A stretch of 64,000 nucleotides of DNA from an uncultured virus (IMG/VR IMGVR_UViG_3300034107_000607) (taxonomy: Duplodnaviria; Heunggongvirae; Uroviricota; Caudoviricetes). The notes beneath the pieces were generated by a model that saw only the letters and a program-made list of their open reading frames with translations, had not been told where the DNA came from and searched no databases. This document shows, piece after piece, positions 10,801-24,339 of the stretch (its first letter is position 1; the number at the start of each line of letters is the position of its first letter). Made by a program: the position numbers and the translations under genes. The DNA lies in IMG/VR virus record IMGVR_UViG_3300034107_000607, one strand, 5' to 3'.

Positions 10801-11193
10801 GTGATCTATTTTTCCAGAGACAACAAGATCTTCTAATAGATTATCACCTTCTATAAATGTATCATGTAACCAAAGAATACGTTTCTTTGCTTTGTGTATA
10901 AACGGCCAATCATTAGAAATAAATGGTACTACAGTTCTAGAAACAATTACGGCTTCGTAGTCTGTTTCATCAAATTTAGCATCGGAGTTATCGACATATC
11001 GGACTCCATCATAAAGTCCTGGTTTTGAGTTCGAGCCGTCCTTGCAGTTATTATATACGGTGACCTCAAATCCGATTTTTGAAAGTTCTTTTGAAATAAG
11101 GATGACTGCGGATTCAGAGCCTCCGAGTCCTTGTTTAGAAAGAGTATCTCCATCATAGCATAAACCTATTTTGTCTATTATTGCAAGTTTCAT
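7822..11193 (-). CDS. Multidomain glycosyltransferase (GT4-like plus three GT2/GT-A-like domains)
   Basis: GLGGSESA...FPETFGISSLE (GT-B); VVISPFWN...DDNSDD...LLDGDDW; SVIVPTMW...VNPAWN...INDD; ILIAIPT...SIDSD...GFGCCLVK...SEDIYFC. Confidence 0.85.
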   Translation of the reverse strand: MKLAIIDKIGLCYDGDTLSKQGLGGSESAVILISKELSKIGFEVTVYNNCKDGSNSKPGLYDGVRYVDNSDAKFDETDYEAVIVSRTVVPFISNDWPFIHKAKKRILWLHDTFIEGDNLLEDLVVSGKIDHVFTLSDWHTSYILTCQHGKKRNHEVLKKSIFQTRNGAVCHIPEVDLSKKDPNQFVYNASATKGMLPLVEHIWPEIKKRIPEAKLSIIGGYYRFRDGAEPDAQENTVSQLAAREDLKNLGITFTGVIPQHEIAEILAKSWMMLYPGAFPETFGISSLESLLYKTPLVTTRFGALEETAIDLACYHIDYAIEPNVLFPHIDKKIQVQKFLETFFAAYNNPYLHQQKQNYCDIVKDVTGWNTVALQWKQFLYSILGNFLSVDDYRKVTRINQKVARVFGRTGNMPANKQYSSSEDQKRIVVISPFWNAENYIRKNILSIATQDYNNYVHILIDDNSDDKSFQVAKETINSLPEKLQSKFRLIQNLENIGAIANQIAGISHCTMDDIVMLLDGDDWLINNNTLFHYYNDLYAQGYEFTYGSMWSLTDNIPLIAQEYPIDVKKNKKYRTHQFNWKIPYTHLRTCLSKHFFSLDIEKFKVDGKWMKSGHDNPLFYELIEKIEPEKIYCNREIVCNYNDLNPLNDYKINGVEQNRNANMSYSKKFSVIVPTMWRSKPLFNKSLERLVQQDLVGEIIVINNDVIHTPDWIVLQNPKIKMLNQEANIKVNPAWNLGAKESSYDIICIINDDLSFDPMLFNKISNHINDKIGVYGFIVGGHKYNQPELTDGSIDLIEWSQDKSAYGFGQLIIMNKNDWVPIPEGLDVYFGDDFILHNTINSGKSVYLISNINYEEDFGATSRDLDIWKESHDKEKPIFEKWLKGDKHKMNKKILIAIPTNKYIEVETFKSIWDLEIPTGYEVEFQYFFGYQVDQIRNLIGEWAKRYDYLLSIDSDIIIPKDALKKMIAADKDIVTGMYIQRIPDTHTLEIYMVDPTGGIINIPHNLIKIHNGLVEIAACGFGCCLVKSDVFRKMEYPHFYYQSAINHKDTVSEDIYFCKKARDNGFKVWVDTTITCDHKGSTFFKVKSEVKPIEIPKQVEVKKDETGVTVIPDSYRKERIFK

Positions 11194-11227
11194 AATATAT
11201 CCTCATCACGTAAAAGTTAATCAATGG

Positions 11228-11235
11228 TATTTATA
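11228..11235 (-). promoter_or_regulatory. T4-type late promoter
   Basis: TATAAATA on minus strand in the intergenic gap, 35 nt upstream of the 11193 start. Confidence 0.8.
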
Positions 11236-11250
11236 TTTATCTATAAGAGC

Positions 11251-11631
11251 TCATGGTTTTTGTGGCCAATCGACCGCAAACGGGTTCAGGCCCGCCACGT
11301 TATTGTAAATGTCGCGAAGAGCTTGTCTATACTCGACCCATTCAGGGCTAACTGGTACTTGTAACTCGTATGCTTTGATCACCTTATAATCAGTTTCAGC
11401 CAAGTGTTTTTCAGATTCAGTTTTTATTTTTTGCCATTGAATCGCAAGTTCAGATTCATTTGGATCTTGTATAGTCCATTGATTATTTTCCCACCACAAT
11501 TTTTGTCCTGGAATGTATGATGGTTTTACAGTACAAATGACAAATCCAAGAACATTCAGTTCTTGCTCACTTTTTCCGACATGCTCAATAGGTAATTTTT
11601 GTGGTTGTGCAGTTTTATATGAAACTAGCAT
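11251..11631 (-). CDS. Tail fibre assembly chaperone-like protein
   Basis: C-terminal L.ETDY...W.EYRQALRD...WPQKP. Confidence 0.75.
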   Translation of the reverse strand: MLVSYKTAQPQKLPIEHVGKSEQELNVLGFVICTVKPSYIPGQKLWWENNQWTIQDPNESELAIQWQKIKTESEKHLAETDYKVIKAYELQVPVSPEWVEYRQALRDIYNNVAGLNPFAVDWPQKP

Positions 11632-11633
11632 TA

Positions 11634-12713
11634 TTATACATCTCCTGTACTAGTAGAGGGAAACGAGCGACCTGGACCCCATATGATACGAACGGCGCCG
11701 GTGCCCCCGCCGGAAGCTGTGCCGTCTGAACCGGGGCCGCCGCCGCCATATGCACCGCCCGTGTTGAGTGTACCGCCACCAACCCCTCCAGACCCGCCGC
11801 CACCGCGCGACCCGTTGTTGCCGGCCATGCCGCCGGTGCCACTAATTCCAGCACCTAAAATTCCAACGCCACCGCCCGAACCACCAAGGCCGGAGATGGC
11901 GCTGGTTCCCCCACCGCCGCCACCACCACCGCCATTTCCATTTAATCCTGCAGTGTTATAGCCGCTTCCTGCGCCTCCATTGCTAGTATAGCCGCCTGCA
12001 CCCCCGCCGCCGCCGCAGTAGTTGCCGATTGTATTTTGTCCTCCGATACCGCCAAACCCACCGCCGCCGGGGCCAATAGTAGTAGTAAAGCTGCCACCTG
12101 ATCCGCTCGCGCCGGAAAAGCCAACGGCGGCGACTGCGCCGCCGCCACCTGCTACAGTTAATGCTGAAATAAAATAGCTGGTTCCGCCCGCTTGGGGTGT
12201 TCCGCCCGATTGCCCCGCCAAACCTACAACAACAGTGTAACTACTCCCAGGTGTTACTGGTATATTATTTAACCAGGCCAAACCGCCGCCGCCACCGCCG
12301 GAACCTCCAGAAGCAGAAAGATATCCGCCACCCCCGCCGCCAACACAAACAACGTAAACTTGGTATACGTTTGCGGGACACACAAAAGAATATGTACCTG
12401 GGCTGGTATAAGCAAGCTGACCGCTGTCAGCAGTTAGATCAACTTGTTTTGCAAATGTAGAAACTACTTCCCATGTATCAATATCAGGATAATAAAATTC
12501 TAACCCTTCAAGATCAGTGTTATAGTAAATTGTAGCTGCAGACACGGTAGGTCGCTCTGCTTGTGTTCCAGAACGAATATATTGTATTGCATCTTGTATA
12601 TACGATAGTTGCCCATCAACTTTCCATTTAGTTCCGTCAAAGACAAAAACTAGATTATTAAACTGATATGTGTCGTTTACACTGGGGCTGTTGGGAAAGT
12701 TTATTGACATCAT
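11634..12713 (-). CDS. Glycine-rich tail tip/adhesin-like protein
   Basis: INFPNSPSVND N-terminus, YTSPGTYSFVCP..V..V.VVCVGGGGGG, poly-Gly loops, GAVRIIWG. Confidence 0.7.
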   Translation of the reverse strand: MMSINFPNSPSVNDTYQFNNLVFVFDGTKWKVDGQLSYIQDAIQYIRSGTQAERPTVSAATIYYNTDLEGLEFYYPDIDTWEVVSTFAKQVDLTADSGQLAYTSPGTYSFVCPANVYQVYVVCVGGGGGGYLSASGGSGGGGGGLAWLNNIPVTPGSSYTVVVGLAGQSGGTPQAGGTSYFISALTVAGGGGAVAAVGFSGASGSGGSFTTTIGPGGGGFGGIGGQNTIGNYCGGGGGAGGYTSNGGAGSGYNTAGLNGNGGGGGGGGGTSAISGLGGSGGGVGILGAGISGTGGMAGNNGSRGGGGSGGVGGGTLNTGGAYGGGGPGSDGTASGGGTGAVRIIWGPGRSFPSTSTGDV

Positions 12714-12723
12714 TTATCCTTTT

Positions 12724-12900
12724 ATTATGGTCAAATTGCGTTATACGGATCTGTTTGGGTTCCTATATAGAATTTGATTATTCGTAATTGGTGGCTTTTC
12801 AGAAACTTCTATATAACCTGTATTGATGTAGATTCTTATCAGAAAAAACGGTTGTTGGTACTTTATAAAGATATTGTGCCTGTAAACTCCAAATGCCCAT
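12724..12900 (-). pseudogene. Degenerate remnant of a fibre/assembly-chaperone gene
   Basis: Fragments in three frames: MGIWSLQAQY..., GYIEVSEKPPITNNQILY, TQTDPYNAI*P, resembling the 11251-11631 chaperone family. Confidence 0.45.
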
Positions 12901-13616
12901 TATATCGCATACCTTGTTTTAAAAAACTCATAGTTTTGTGAAATTTCAGAAATAGAAAGTGCTTTACTATACATTTGACAGGTATAAATTCTACCTTGAA
13001 AGTATCCATAAGGCCCGTATCCAAGAGTATCTCCTCTCATGTTTACTGCTGTCCTAGGACTAGTTAGCCCTTGTCTAGCAAATACATCGTTTAAATACAA
13101 ATAAGGTCTCTTATTTAAATAAACAACAGTTATAAGAGTAGGTGTTGTGCTAGATATTGTGGCGCTGTGTACAAGCAAAGGCGGCATATAACCATCAGCA
13201 TGCTCATAAACAGACACACCGTTTGTTCCACAAGATATACCAGCACCTGCTGCACTGGCGCCACCTTGATTAGCACCTACTAAATATCTTTGACCTGAGG
13301 TTCCAGTAACACCGCTGGTGCTTTCTGCGTCTATGCCATGAGTTGCTGTTGGCATTGCTATCATAGAATAAGTAAAAGAATCTGTTACTGTAGTAATTGC
13401 AGAACCAATATCAAAACCTTGAGTAGTTCCATTCATTGTAAAATAGTCACTTGTAAATGTAGGAGCATTTAACAGATTAAAATTTCTTCCATTACCTGAA
13501 ATATCATTCCAAACAGTACCACTCCCAGGATAACTACTAGTACTACCGTCTAAATAAACTAGCAAACCATCAGTTACTAGGCTACCTATGCATAGGAGCA
13601 TTTGTTGTATTGTCAT
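12900..13616 (-). CDS. LamG/concanavalin A-like lectin-fold virion protein
   Basis: DGLLVYLD...SYPGSGTVWNDISGNG, YFQGRI...YSKALS..EI.QNY...K.RY. Confidence 0.8.
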   Translation of the reverse strand: MTIQQMLLCIGSLVTDGLLVYLDGSTSSYPGSGTVWNDISGNGRNFNLLNAPTFTSDYFTMNGTTQGFDIGSAITTVTDSFTYSMIAMPTATHGIDAESTSGVTGTSGQRYLVGANQGGASAAGAGISCGTNGVSVYEHADGYMPPLLVHSATISSTTPTLITVVYLNKRPYLYLNDVFARQGLTSPRTAVNMRGDTLGYGPYGYFQGRIYTCQMYSKALSISEISQNYEFFKTRYAI

Positions 13617-14284
13617 GATATACCGGCACCAGAAATTGCGTAGTCATTGGCATTAACACATAAAGCAGTAGCCAACCCAAATTTAGATAATGTTCTATTT
13701 CCAGTAGTTGAAGTTCCTGCTAGACGTAGAGTAACTCCAGTAGAGACAATAGTTATAGCAGTATTAGACGAGTTATAAAAAGAAACCATATCCCCGATTG
13801 AAAACGATGTTGACGTGTTTATTGTTACATTTGCAGTAGTGTTTACGTGTTTTCCGGCATCAGAAGATAGTACAACGACGTTGTTGCTTTGTGGTATGCC
13901 TGTTGGTGCTGCACTGCCAGTAAATCCTTGGCTACCTGTAAAACCACCAGCTGGCCCTTGGCTACCTACAAATCCTATGTCACCCTTACTTCCAGTAAAA
14001 CCAAGTGATCCAGTATACCCAGTCAATCCTCTTGCGCCAGTAACAGTAATCCATTGCAGACTATCACCATCGTTGTATAGTACTGAAAGAGAAAGATCGG
14101 TGGTATCAAACCACATATGACCATCTGTAGTAGTAAAAGGTGCGGTGTTTGATGTATCTGCCAAGAAACCTGCCGATCCCGTAAACCCCACTGCTGCGTA
14201 AGAACCACTAACACCAATTAAACCAATTGACCCAGTAAAACCTGCATACCCACTACTTAAAAAATCTGATAAATTAGTAGTCAT
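13613..14284 (-). CDS. Short fibre/adaptor protein with GFTGS repeats
   Basis: GFTGS triplets; paralogous to 14952-15356 at both termini. Confidence 0.65.
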   Translation of the reverse strand: MTTNLSDFLSSGYAGFTGSIGLIGVSGSYAAVGFTGSAGFLADTSNTAPFTTTDGHMWFDTTDLSLSVLYNDGDSLQWITVTGARGLTGYTGSLGFTGSKGDIGFVGSQGPAGGFTGSQGFTGSAAPTGIPQSNNVVVLSSDAGKHVNTTANVTINTSTSFSIGDMVSFYNSSNTAITIVSTGVTLRLAGTSTTGNRTLSKFGLATALCVNANDYAISGAGIS

Positions 14285-14308
14285 TCATATCTCCATGTAT
14301 ATGATTAT

Positions 14309-14950
14309 TTATTTAAAAACTCCGGATATCATTATGCCGGTTGTAGATAAATTAACTGTAGAGCCAGATGTAAATACTTCAGCACCTGTGGTCGGATTAG
14401 ATGCCTGTGTTGTAATACCAGTGATTGATGTACCAGATGTAATTGCAAAAATAGCAGCTTTGCTGTTTATAAAATCTCCTGCACCTAAAACATGTGAGGC
14501 ACTATCTGTATTAGTTTGCACATCTTGTGGACCAGACCCTCCATCTAAAATATACACTCTACTTACTAAACTTATAGATCCAGGTGTTTGTCCTGAGAGT
14601 CCCGTTAAAGACATACTATATGAGGAAAATGCACCATTAGTTCTTGGGTGATTTATATAGTGCATATAGAGAGTATTAGTACTATTTGAAATTGTTGCTA
14701 TATTCAATCCAGCAGAACCTTGCACTGATAATGCTAAATTACTTATAGTTAGACCAGATGCCTTTACAATTCTTGTTAAAACTATAAATTTTTGATATGG
14801 TTCCGATGCTTGTGTTAATGTGAACGAACCAGCTGCACCGGCTGTAAATGAAAAGCTTGCAGCAGAATAACTAAATGCTGCATCATAACCAACTGCAGAA
14901 ATTTCAGGTACTCTATTCATACTTATGGCTTGTGAAACTACTGATACCAT
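14309..14950 (-). CDS. Hypothetical virion protein (possible fibre tip)
   Basis: Ser/Thr/Gly-rich ORF tightly packed between fibre genes; likely start ATG 14950. Confidence 0.5.
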   Translation of the reverse strand: MVSVVSQAISMNRVPEISAVGYDAAFSYSAASFSFTAGAAGSFTLTQASEPYQKFIVLTRIVKASGLTISNLALSVQGSAGLNIATISNSTNTLYMHYINHPRTNGAFSSYSMSLTGLSGQTPGSISLVSRVYILDGGSGPQDVQTNTDSASHVLGAGDFINSKAAIFAITSGTSITGITTQASNPTTGAEVFTSGSTVNLSTTGIMISGVFK

Positions 14951-14951
14951 A

Positions 14952-15352
14952 TCAAAACAATCCTGCACCGGATATTACAAATATATTAGTTCCTACACAT
15001 AAAATAGTTGCAAGACCTCTTTGAGACAATGTTAAAGTTCCTGTAATGTTTGTTCCTGCAAAGTATTGGGTGACACCGCTTGCCAAAATGGACATTGTAC
15101 TACCTTTATTATTAAATACAGTTACAACATCACCGTTTGAAAATATTCCAGACGGAACTGTAACATTTCCACTTGTTATATTAATGTATTTACCCACATC
15201 TGAAGCTTGGAGTGTATATCCAGCTGCTTGCGAATTTACTGGAATATTAGTAGGACCTATAGATCCAGTAAACCCGACTGACCCAGTAAAGCCTATGGAA
15301 CCAGTAAATCCTAGATAATTCCCATCTAAAAGCGCACTTAAATTAACCGTTG

Positions 15353-15356
<4 letters not shown>
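14952..15356 (-). CDS. Short fibre/adaptor protein with GFTGS repeats
   Basis: GFTGS x3, [27 protein letters not shown]...ISGAGL. Confidence 0.65.
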
Positions 15357-20689
<5,333 letters not shown>

Positions 20690-20694
20690 TTAAT

Positions 20695-21159
20695 TTAAAC
20701 TACTCCAACGTGCTCGCTTGATAGTTTTTCTTCCGCAGCAATCCAAATATCAAACACATTTGAAACTTCTGCACGAACTTGAACCGTATCACCAATAACA
20801 GTATTAGCTATTCGTTTAAAGATACTTCTACCTTGTAGAGGGATAAAAGCCGTATCACCAGCAGGTACTTCTACTTTTCCAATCTCGATTGTTTCAAAAT
20901 CCTCTGTTACTAAAATAGTTTCAAACCATCTCGTTTCGGTATCTTTATTTCTTGCGGCTAATGGAGTTAAGAAAAATATTTCACCTGGTCTAATAGCTCT
21001 TCCAACATCAGTAGGATCGCGCTCTGTAAATTTATTTGATGCATCTGGAACTGAAAAATCTGGAGCTTCTGCAATAACAACATAAGTATTATCTATATTA
21101 CTTTGTGCGAGTCTAAGAGATTTTCCAGTAGAAGGTGTTCTACAAGTAATTCTAGCCAT
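20695..21159 (-). CDS. Hypothetical virion protein, paralog of 40472-40918
   Basis: EAPDFSVPD / PGEIFFLTPL / VPAGDTAFIPLQG align with EVPEYEIPE / PGVAEIISPL / IPAFDILPLPLNG. Confidence 0.65.
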   Translation of the reverse strand: MARITCRTPSTGKSLRLAQSNIDNTYVVIAEAPDFSVPDASNKFTERDPTDVGRAIRPGEIFFLTPLAARNKDTETRWFETILVTEDFETIEIGKVEVPAGDTAFIPLQGRSIFKRIANTVIGDTVQVRAEVSNVFDIWIAAEEKLSSEHVGVV

Positions 21160-21161
21160 TA

Positions 21162-22787
21162 TTAAAAGCTCCTTGCGATGGCGGTTCTTGTTGCTATTCT
21201 ATTAACTGCTTGTTCAAATGGCGGGCCTGTTAATTCACCAGTATCTGCATCAATCTTCATACCACCAATAAAGAGTGCAGAGCCTTGATCATCTTGCCCT
21301 GATGCTATTACAACACCATTATTTAATTCTAATATACTTTCTTCAATATTAGTTTCATTTCTTGCAGGTGGTATCTTTGTAAGTGCAACACCTGCCATAA
21401 TAGCAGTCCAAGTATGACTAATTGCAGTAATAGTAGATGGTTGTATTGATGTGACCGGATTTTCGATTGTATTAATAAGAGCTGCGACTAGTGCTGATAC
21501 TATACTGTCAGCACTGTTATTTACGTTTGGTAATGCAAGTATTGCATCTCGCATAAACGTAAATGAATATATAAAAGCTTCTTCTTTATCTAAATTATAT
21601 GCTTTATTACCATTTGTATCAAATAAACCTTTTGCAAAATCGAGCATTGGTTTTTGATTAGCGGTTTGAAGAACCCATTCTAAAGATTGTAAAAGTGTTG
21701 CAGCATCTCTTCTTGTGAATGCTTCATCTTCAGCATTCCAACCAACTGTATAATTTTGTGCTACTAAACTATTCCACATATTATTTATGATGGTACTTGT
21801 AGCTGTATCAATCGCAGTTGATGCTGTAGTTTGTATTGTTAAAGTATTTTCAGGTACTTCTGTTGGTACTATAATATTTCTACTTCCACTTGAAACCATA
21901 GTGTAATCGCCAAATTGAGTAGAACATGATGAAAGTATTATTTGGCCACCAGATAAAGCTAAAAAGTGTTTATGAGCCCAAATACTTATGGCATTGACAG
22001 CATTTATCAGCGCGCCATTTTTAGCAACATATCCAATACCGTTGTGACTTACAGGTGTTGCTCCCCATGTCATAATATTCGGATAAATTGAGTATTGTGA
22101 ACACACAGACCCATCTGCTATAACTACACCAGCACCACGGCCTACTAATGGATTTCCATTTTCTCGATCGAGTGGTGGGGCGACATTGTCCCAATAAGGA
22201 TTAGTTCTTACAGCACATTTGTGAACATAAGGGGCTCTTCTTATCACAGAGCCTTGTCTAAAACAGAAAGCAAACCCTACCGTTGGATCATCTAAATCAT
22301 CAAGTCTCCAACCTTCAAAAAGTATTCCTTCGACAAAACAACCTGAACCTAATCCAAATACATTGTTTTCTTCAAAACCACTTTCTGGCTTAACAATAAC
22401 AGATCTATGAACACCTCTTACAATACAATCATCAGGAAGATCAATATTTCCGCGCGTTTCATATTCACCCGGTCCGATATCTATAAGTGTTAAAAGCCCG
22501 TCTCGTGCCCAAGCAGCATCTACTGCTCTCTCTATAGTAAGATAAGCTTCATCCCACGTTGATCCAGAAACAGTATTTGCATCACTTCCATTCTTTTGAA
22601 CATATATGACATTCTCAACTGGATTGCTAGAGATAAAATTAACTATCTCTTCTAATTCACCCTGTCTGCGCTTGAGAGATATTTTACCATCATAAGTATT
22701 AACTGAAAGCTCTCCAAGTGCCAACTGATTTGTAGTTGGAACTCTACCGGGGACACCAGTTCTTTTGAGTTTTATTCTTGTTGGCAT
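21162..22787 (-). CDS. Virion structural protein with probable beta-helix domain, paralog of 40915-43092
   Basis: RIKLKR...P...L.LGEL.VNTYDGK N-terminus, IYVQKNGSD.N.G; long matching blocks with 40915-43092. Confidence 0.7.
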   Translation of the reverse strand: MPTRIKLKRTGVPGRVPTTNQLALGELSVNTYDGKISLKRRQGELEEIVNFISSNPVENVIYVQKNGSDANTVSGSTWDEAYLTIERAVDAAWARDGLLTLIDIGPGEYETRGNIDLPDDCIVRGVHRSVIVKPESGFEENNVFGLGSGCFVEGILFEGWRLDDLDDPTVGFAFCFRQGSVIRRAPYVHKCAVRTNPYWDNVAPPLDRENGNPLVGRGAGVVIADGSVCSQYSIYPNIMTWGATPVSHNGIGYVAKNGALINAVNAISIWAHKHFLALSGGQIILSSCSTQFGDYTMVSSGSRNIIVPTEVPENTLTIQTTASTAIDTATSTIINNMWNSLVAQNYTVGWNAEDEAFTRRDAATLLQSLEWVLQTANQKPMLDFAKGLFDTNGNKAYNLDKEEAFIYSFTFMRDAILALPNVNNSADSIVSALVAALINTIENPVTSIQPSTITAISHTWTAIMAGVALTKIPPARNETNIEESILELNNGVVIASGQDDQGSALFIGGMKIDADTGELTGPPFEQAVNRIATRTAIARSF

Positions 22788-22851
22788 TTATCCTCACGTG
22801 GTGTTAATAACCTTTTAGTTATGAAAACTTTGTTACCATAACTATTATGGA

Positions 22852-22859
22852 TATTTATA
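22852..22859 (-). promoter_or_regulatory. T4-type late promoter
   Basis: TATAAATA on minus strand in the gap upstream of 22787. Confidence 0.75.
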
Positions 22860-23093
22860 TTAAAACTCACCACCGTCAATTTCTTGCTTTTCTAGAAGTC
22901 TTGATGCAACAAATTTTTGTGTTAATATATCATAAATTAGAAGAGAACCATCTTCTAAATTGGTCAAATCTACATCTGCAATATCGCCTAAATTTTTAAT
23001 AGACAAATCTGATTGATTAATTAAGATTCTAGGATTTGATTTTCTTCTTACTTCAATATTGGCAGCAGGTGTAATTGTAACATTAATTGCCAT
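22860..23093 (-). CDS. Small virion protein
   Basis: L.D..DVD...L.DGS.L.YD, C-terminal IDGGEF, typical of T4-like virion proteins. Confidence 0.65.
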   Translation of the reverse strand: MAINVTITPAANIEVRRKSNPRILINQSDLSIKNLGDIADVDLTNLEDGSLLIYDILTQKFVASRLLEKQEIDGGEF

Positions 23094-23095
23094 GC

Positions 23096-23434
23096 TTAAC
23101 CTCTAGTAATTGTAGGAAGTAGAAATAGTAAACCTTCTAAGATTTTCTCTCTTTTTCCGCTCGAGCTCGTCATTATTAAATCATATTGATATTTACCTGG
23201 ATCTGTATTAGCAGTAACAATACCTGAAAATTCCATTTCTAGTAAACCAGGAACATTACCTGGTTCTACCATAATGTCAGCACTAAATATAATAGTACTT
23301 GAATATACTTTACGAACATCACATGAAAATTCTTGCGTTGTGATATCAAATTCATCACCCACATCTGTGAAAAGATTTAGCGATGTAACAAAATCTACAC
23401 CTTGATCTACGTATAAGTTTGCTCTGGTTGACAT
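23096..23434 (-). CDS. Conserved T4-like virion protein
   Basis: ANLYVDQG.DF, RK.YSS, GKY.YD, EKILEG...P.ITR; likely start ATG 23434. Confidence 0.7.
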   Translation of the reverse strand: MSTRANLYVDQGVDFVTSLNLFTDVGDEFDITTQEFSCDVRKVYSSTIIFSADIMVEPGNVPGLLEMEFSGIVTANTDPGKYQYDLIMTSSSGKREKILEGLLFLLPTITRG

Positions 23435-23457
23435 TGAACACACCCTTCTTTTATTTC

Positions 23458-23465
23458 TATTTATA
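23458..23465 (-). promoter_or_regulatory. T4-type late promoter inside a potential SD-sequestering hairpin
   Basis: TATAAATA on minus strand flanked by ACACCTTCT and AGAAGGGTGT. Confidence 0.75.
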
Positions 23466-23488
23466 ATAGAAGGTGTCTATTTATTCCA

Positions 23489-23530
23489 TTGACAAAGACT
23501 GAAAGTATGGTATAATTGGATTATAATCCA
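23489..23530 (+). promoter_or_regulatory. sigma70-type promoter (TTGACA-N16-TATAAT, extended -10) plus TGGATTATAATCCA palindrome
   Basis: TTGACA 23489-23494, TATAAT 23511-23516, palindrome 23517-23530; copy of 64-105. Confidence 0.7.
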
Positions 23531-24339
23531 TAAAATAATAAATCATTTAATTTACTAATATCTGCTTGGGTGTGATACTGATAATGTTCTTTAAGATTTT
23601 CAGGAAATGGAATTTCTTTTATCTCTGCATTATACAAGAGGGCAATGTCTTTGGCAACATCAAGAAAACTTCTTGAATAGCCTGAACCAACATTATAGGT
23701 TCCCCCAGCAAATAGATCTATTTTACTTAAAGCTCGTATGTGTGCAGCAACTACTGTATCTACATGCACAAAATCACGTGTAAACTCACGAGAACCTTTA
23801 AATATTTTAATCACACCATTTTCTTTTGCCTGTTTAGCAAATTGAGTAAATGGGCTTGCTTGTGATCCTTTGTGTTCTTCATGCGGACCATAAACATTGA
23901 AATATCGGAAAATTTGTAATGTAGATGCAACATAAGTTCTTTTATTTGCATATTTCTCGAACATGTATTTACTGAGTGCATAATAATTTACAGGATAGCA
24001 AATGTCATCTTCACATAAAATTCTAGCATTTCTATTTTGACCATATACAGATGCAGAAGATGCAAATTGCATATCAATCCCTCTTTCTCTGCATTCTTCT
24101 AATAGTTCTATAGACCAACACAAATTCAAGTCCATAATTTTATGAACATCAGTCTCTGTTGTAGAACTGATTGCACCTAAATGCATGACACAATTAACAC
24201 CATCATAATTTAGATCTTTTGGTCTTGCTGTTGGATTATCGACTATATCAAAAGTTTCCAACTCCCAACCTTCAGCAAGAATAGCCTTACACATATTTTG
24301 GCCGATAAAGCCTTTGTGACCAGTTACTAATACTTTCAT
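23521..24339 (-). CDS. hldD: ADP-L-glycero-D-manno-heptose 6-epimerase-like (NAD-dependent SDR)
   Basis: TGHKGFIG, HLGAISSTTE, ASSASVYG, YALSK, FRYFNVYGPHEEHKG.QAS, IPFPE.LK..YQ..TQAD. Confidence 0.8.
   Translation of the reverse strand: MKVLVTGHKGFIGQNMCKAILAEGWELETFDIVDNPTARPKDLNYDGVNCVMHLGAISSTTETDVHKIMDLNLCWSIELLEECRERGIDMQFASSASVYGQNRNARILCEDDICYPVNYYALSKYMFEKYANKRTYVASTLQIFRYFNVYGPHEEHKGSQASPFTQFAKQAKENGVIKIFKGSREFTRDFVHVDTVVAAHIRALSKIDLFAGGTYNVGSGYSRSFLDVAKDIALLYNAEIKEIPFPENLKEHYQYHTQADISKLNDLLFYGL

Noticed and set aside
122..11193. Bacterial LPS/capsule locus or host contamination
   Set aside because: Flanked by T4 late promoters, contiguous with virion genes, and lacking wzx/wzy/ABC export genes
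11683..11961. Proline-rich plus-strand ORFs here and at 35647-36060
   Set aside because: Antisense of poly-glycine coding sequence
12724..12760. TGA recoded as Trp (alternative genetic code)
   Set aside because: TGA terminates many intact genes here, including ATGA overlaps, and Trp is encoded by TGG; a nonsense mutation in a relic is simpler
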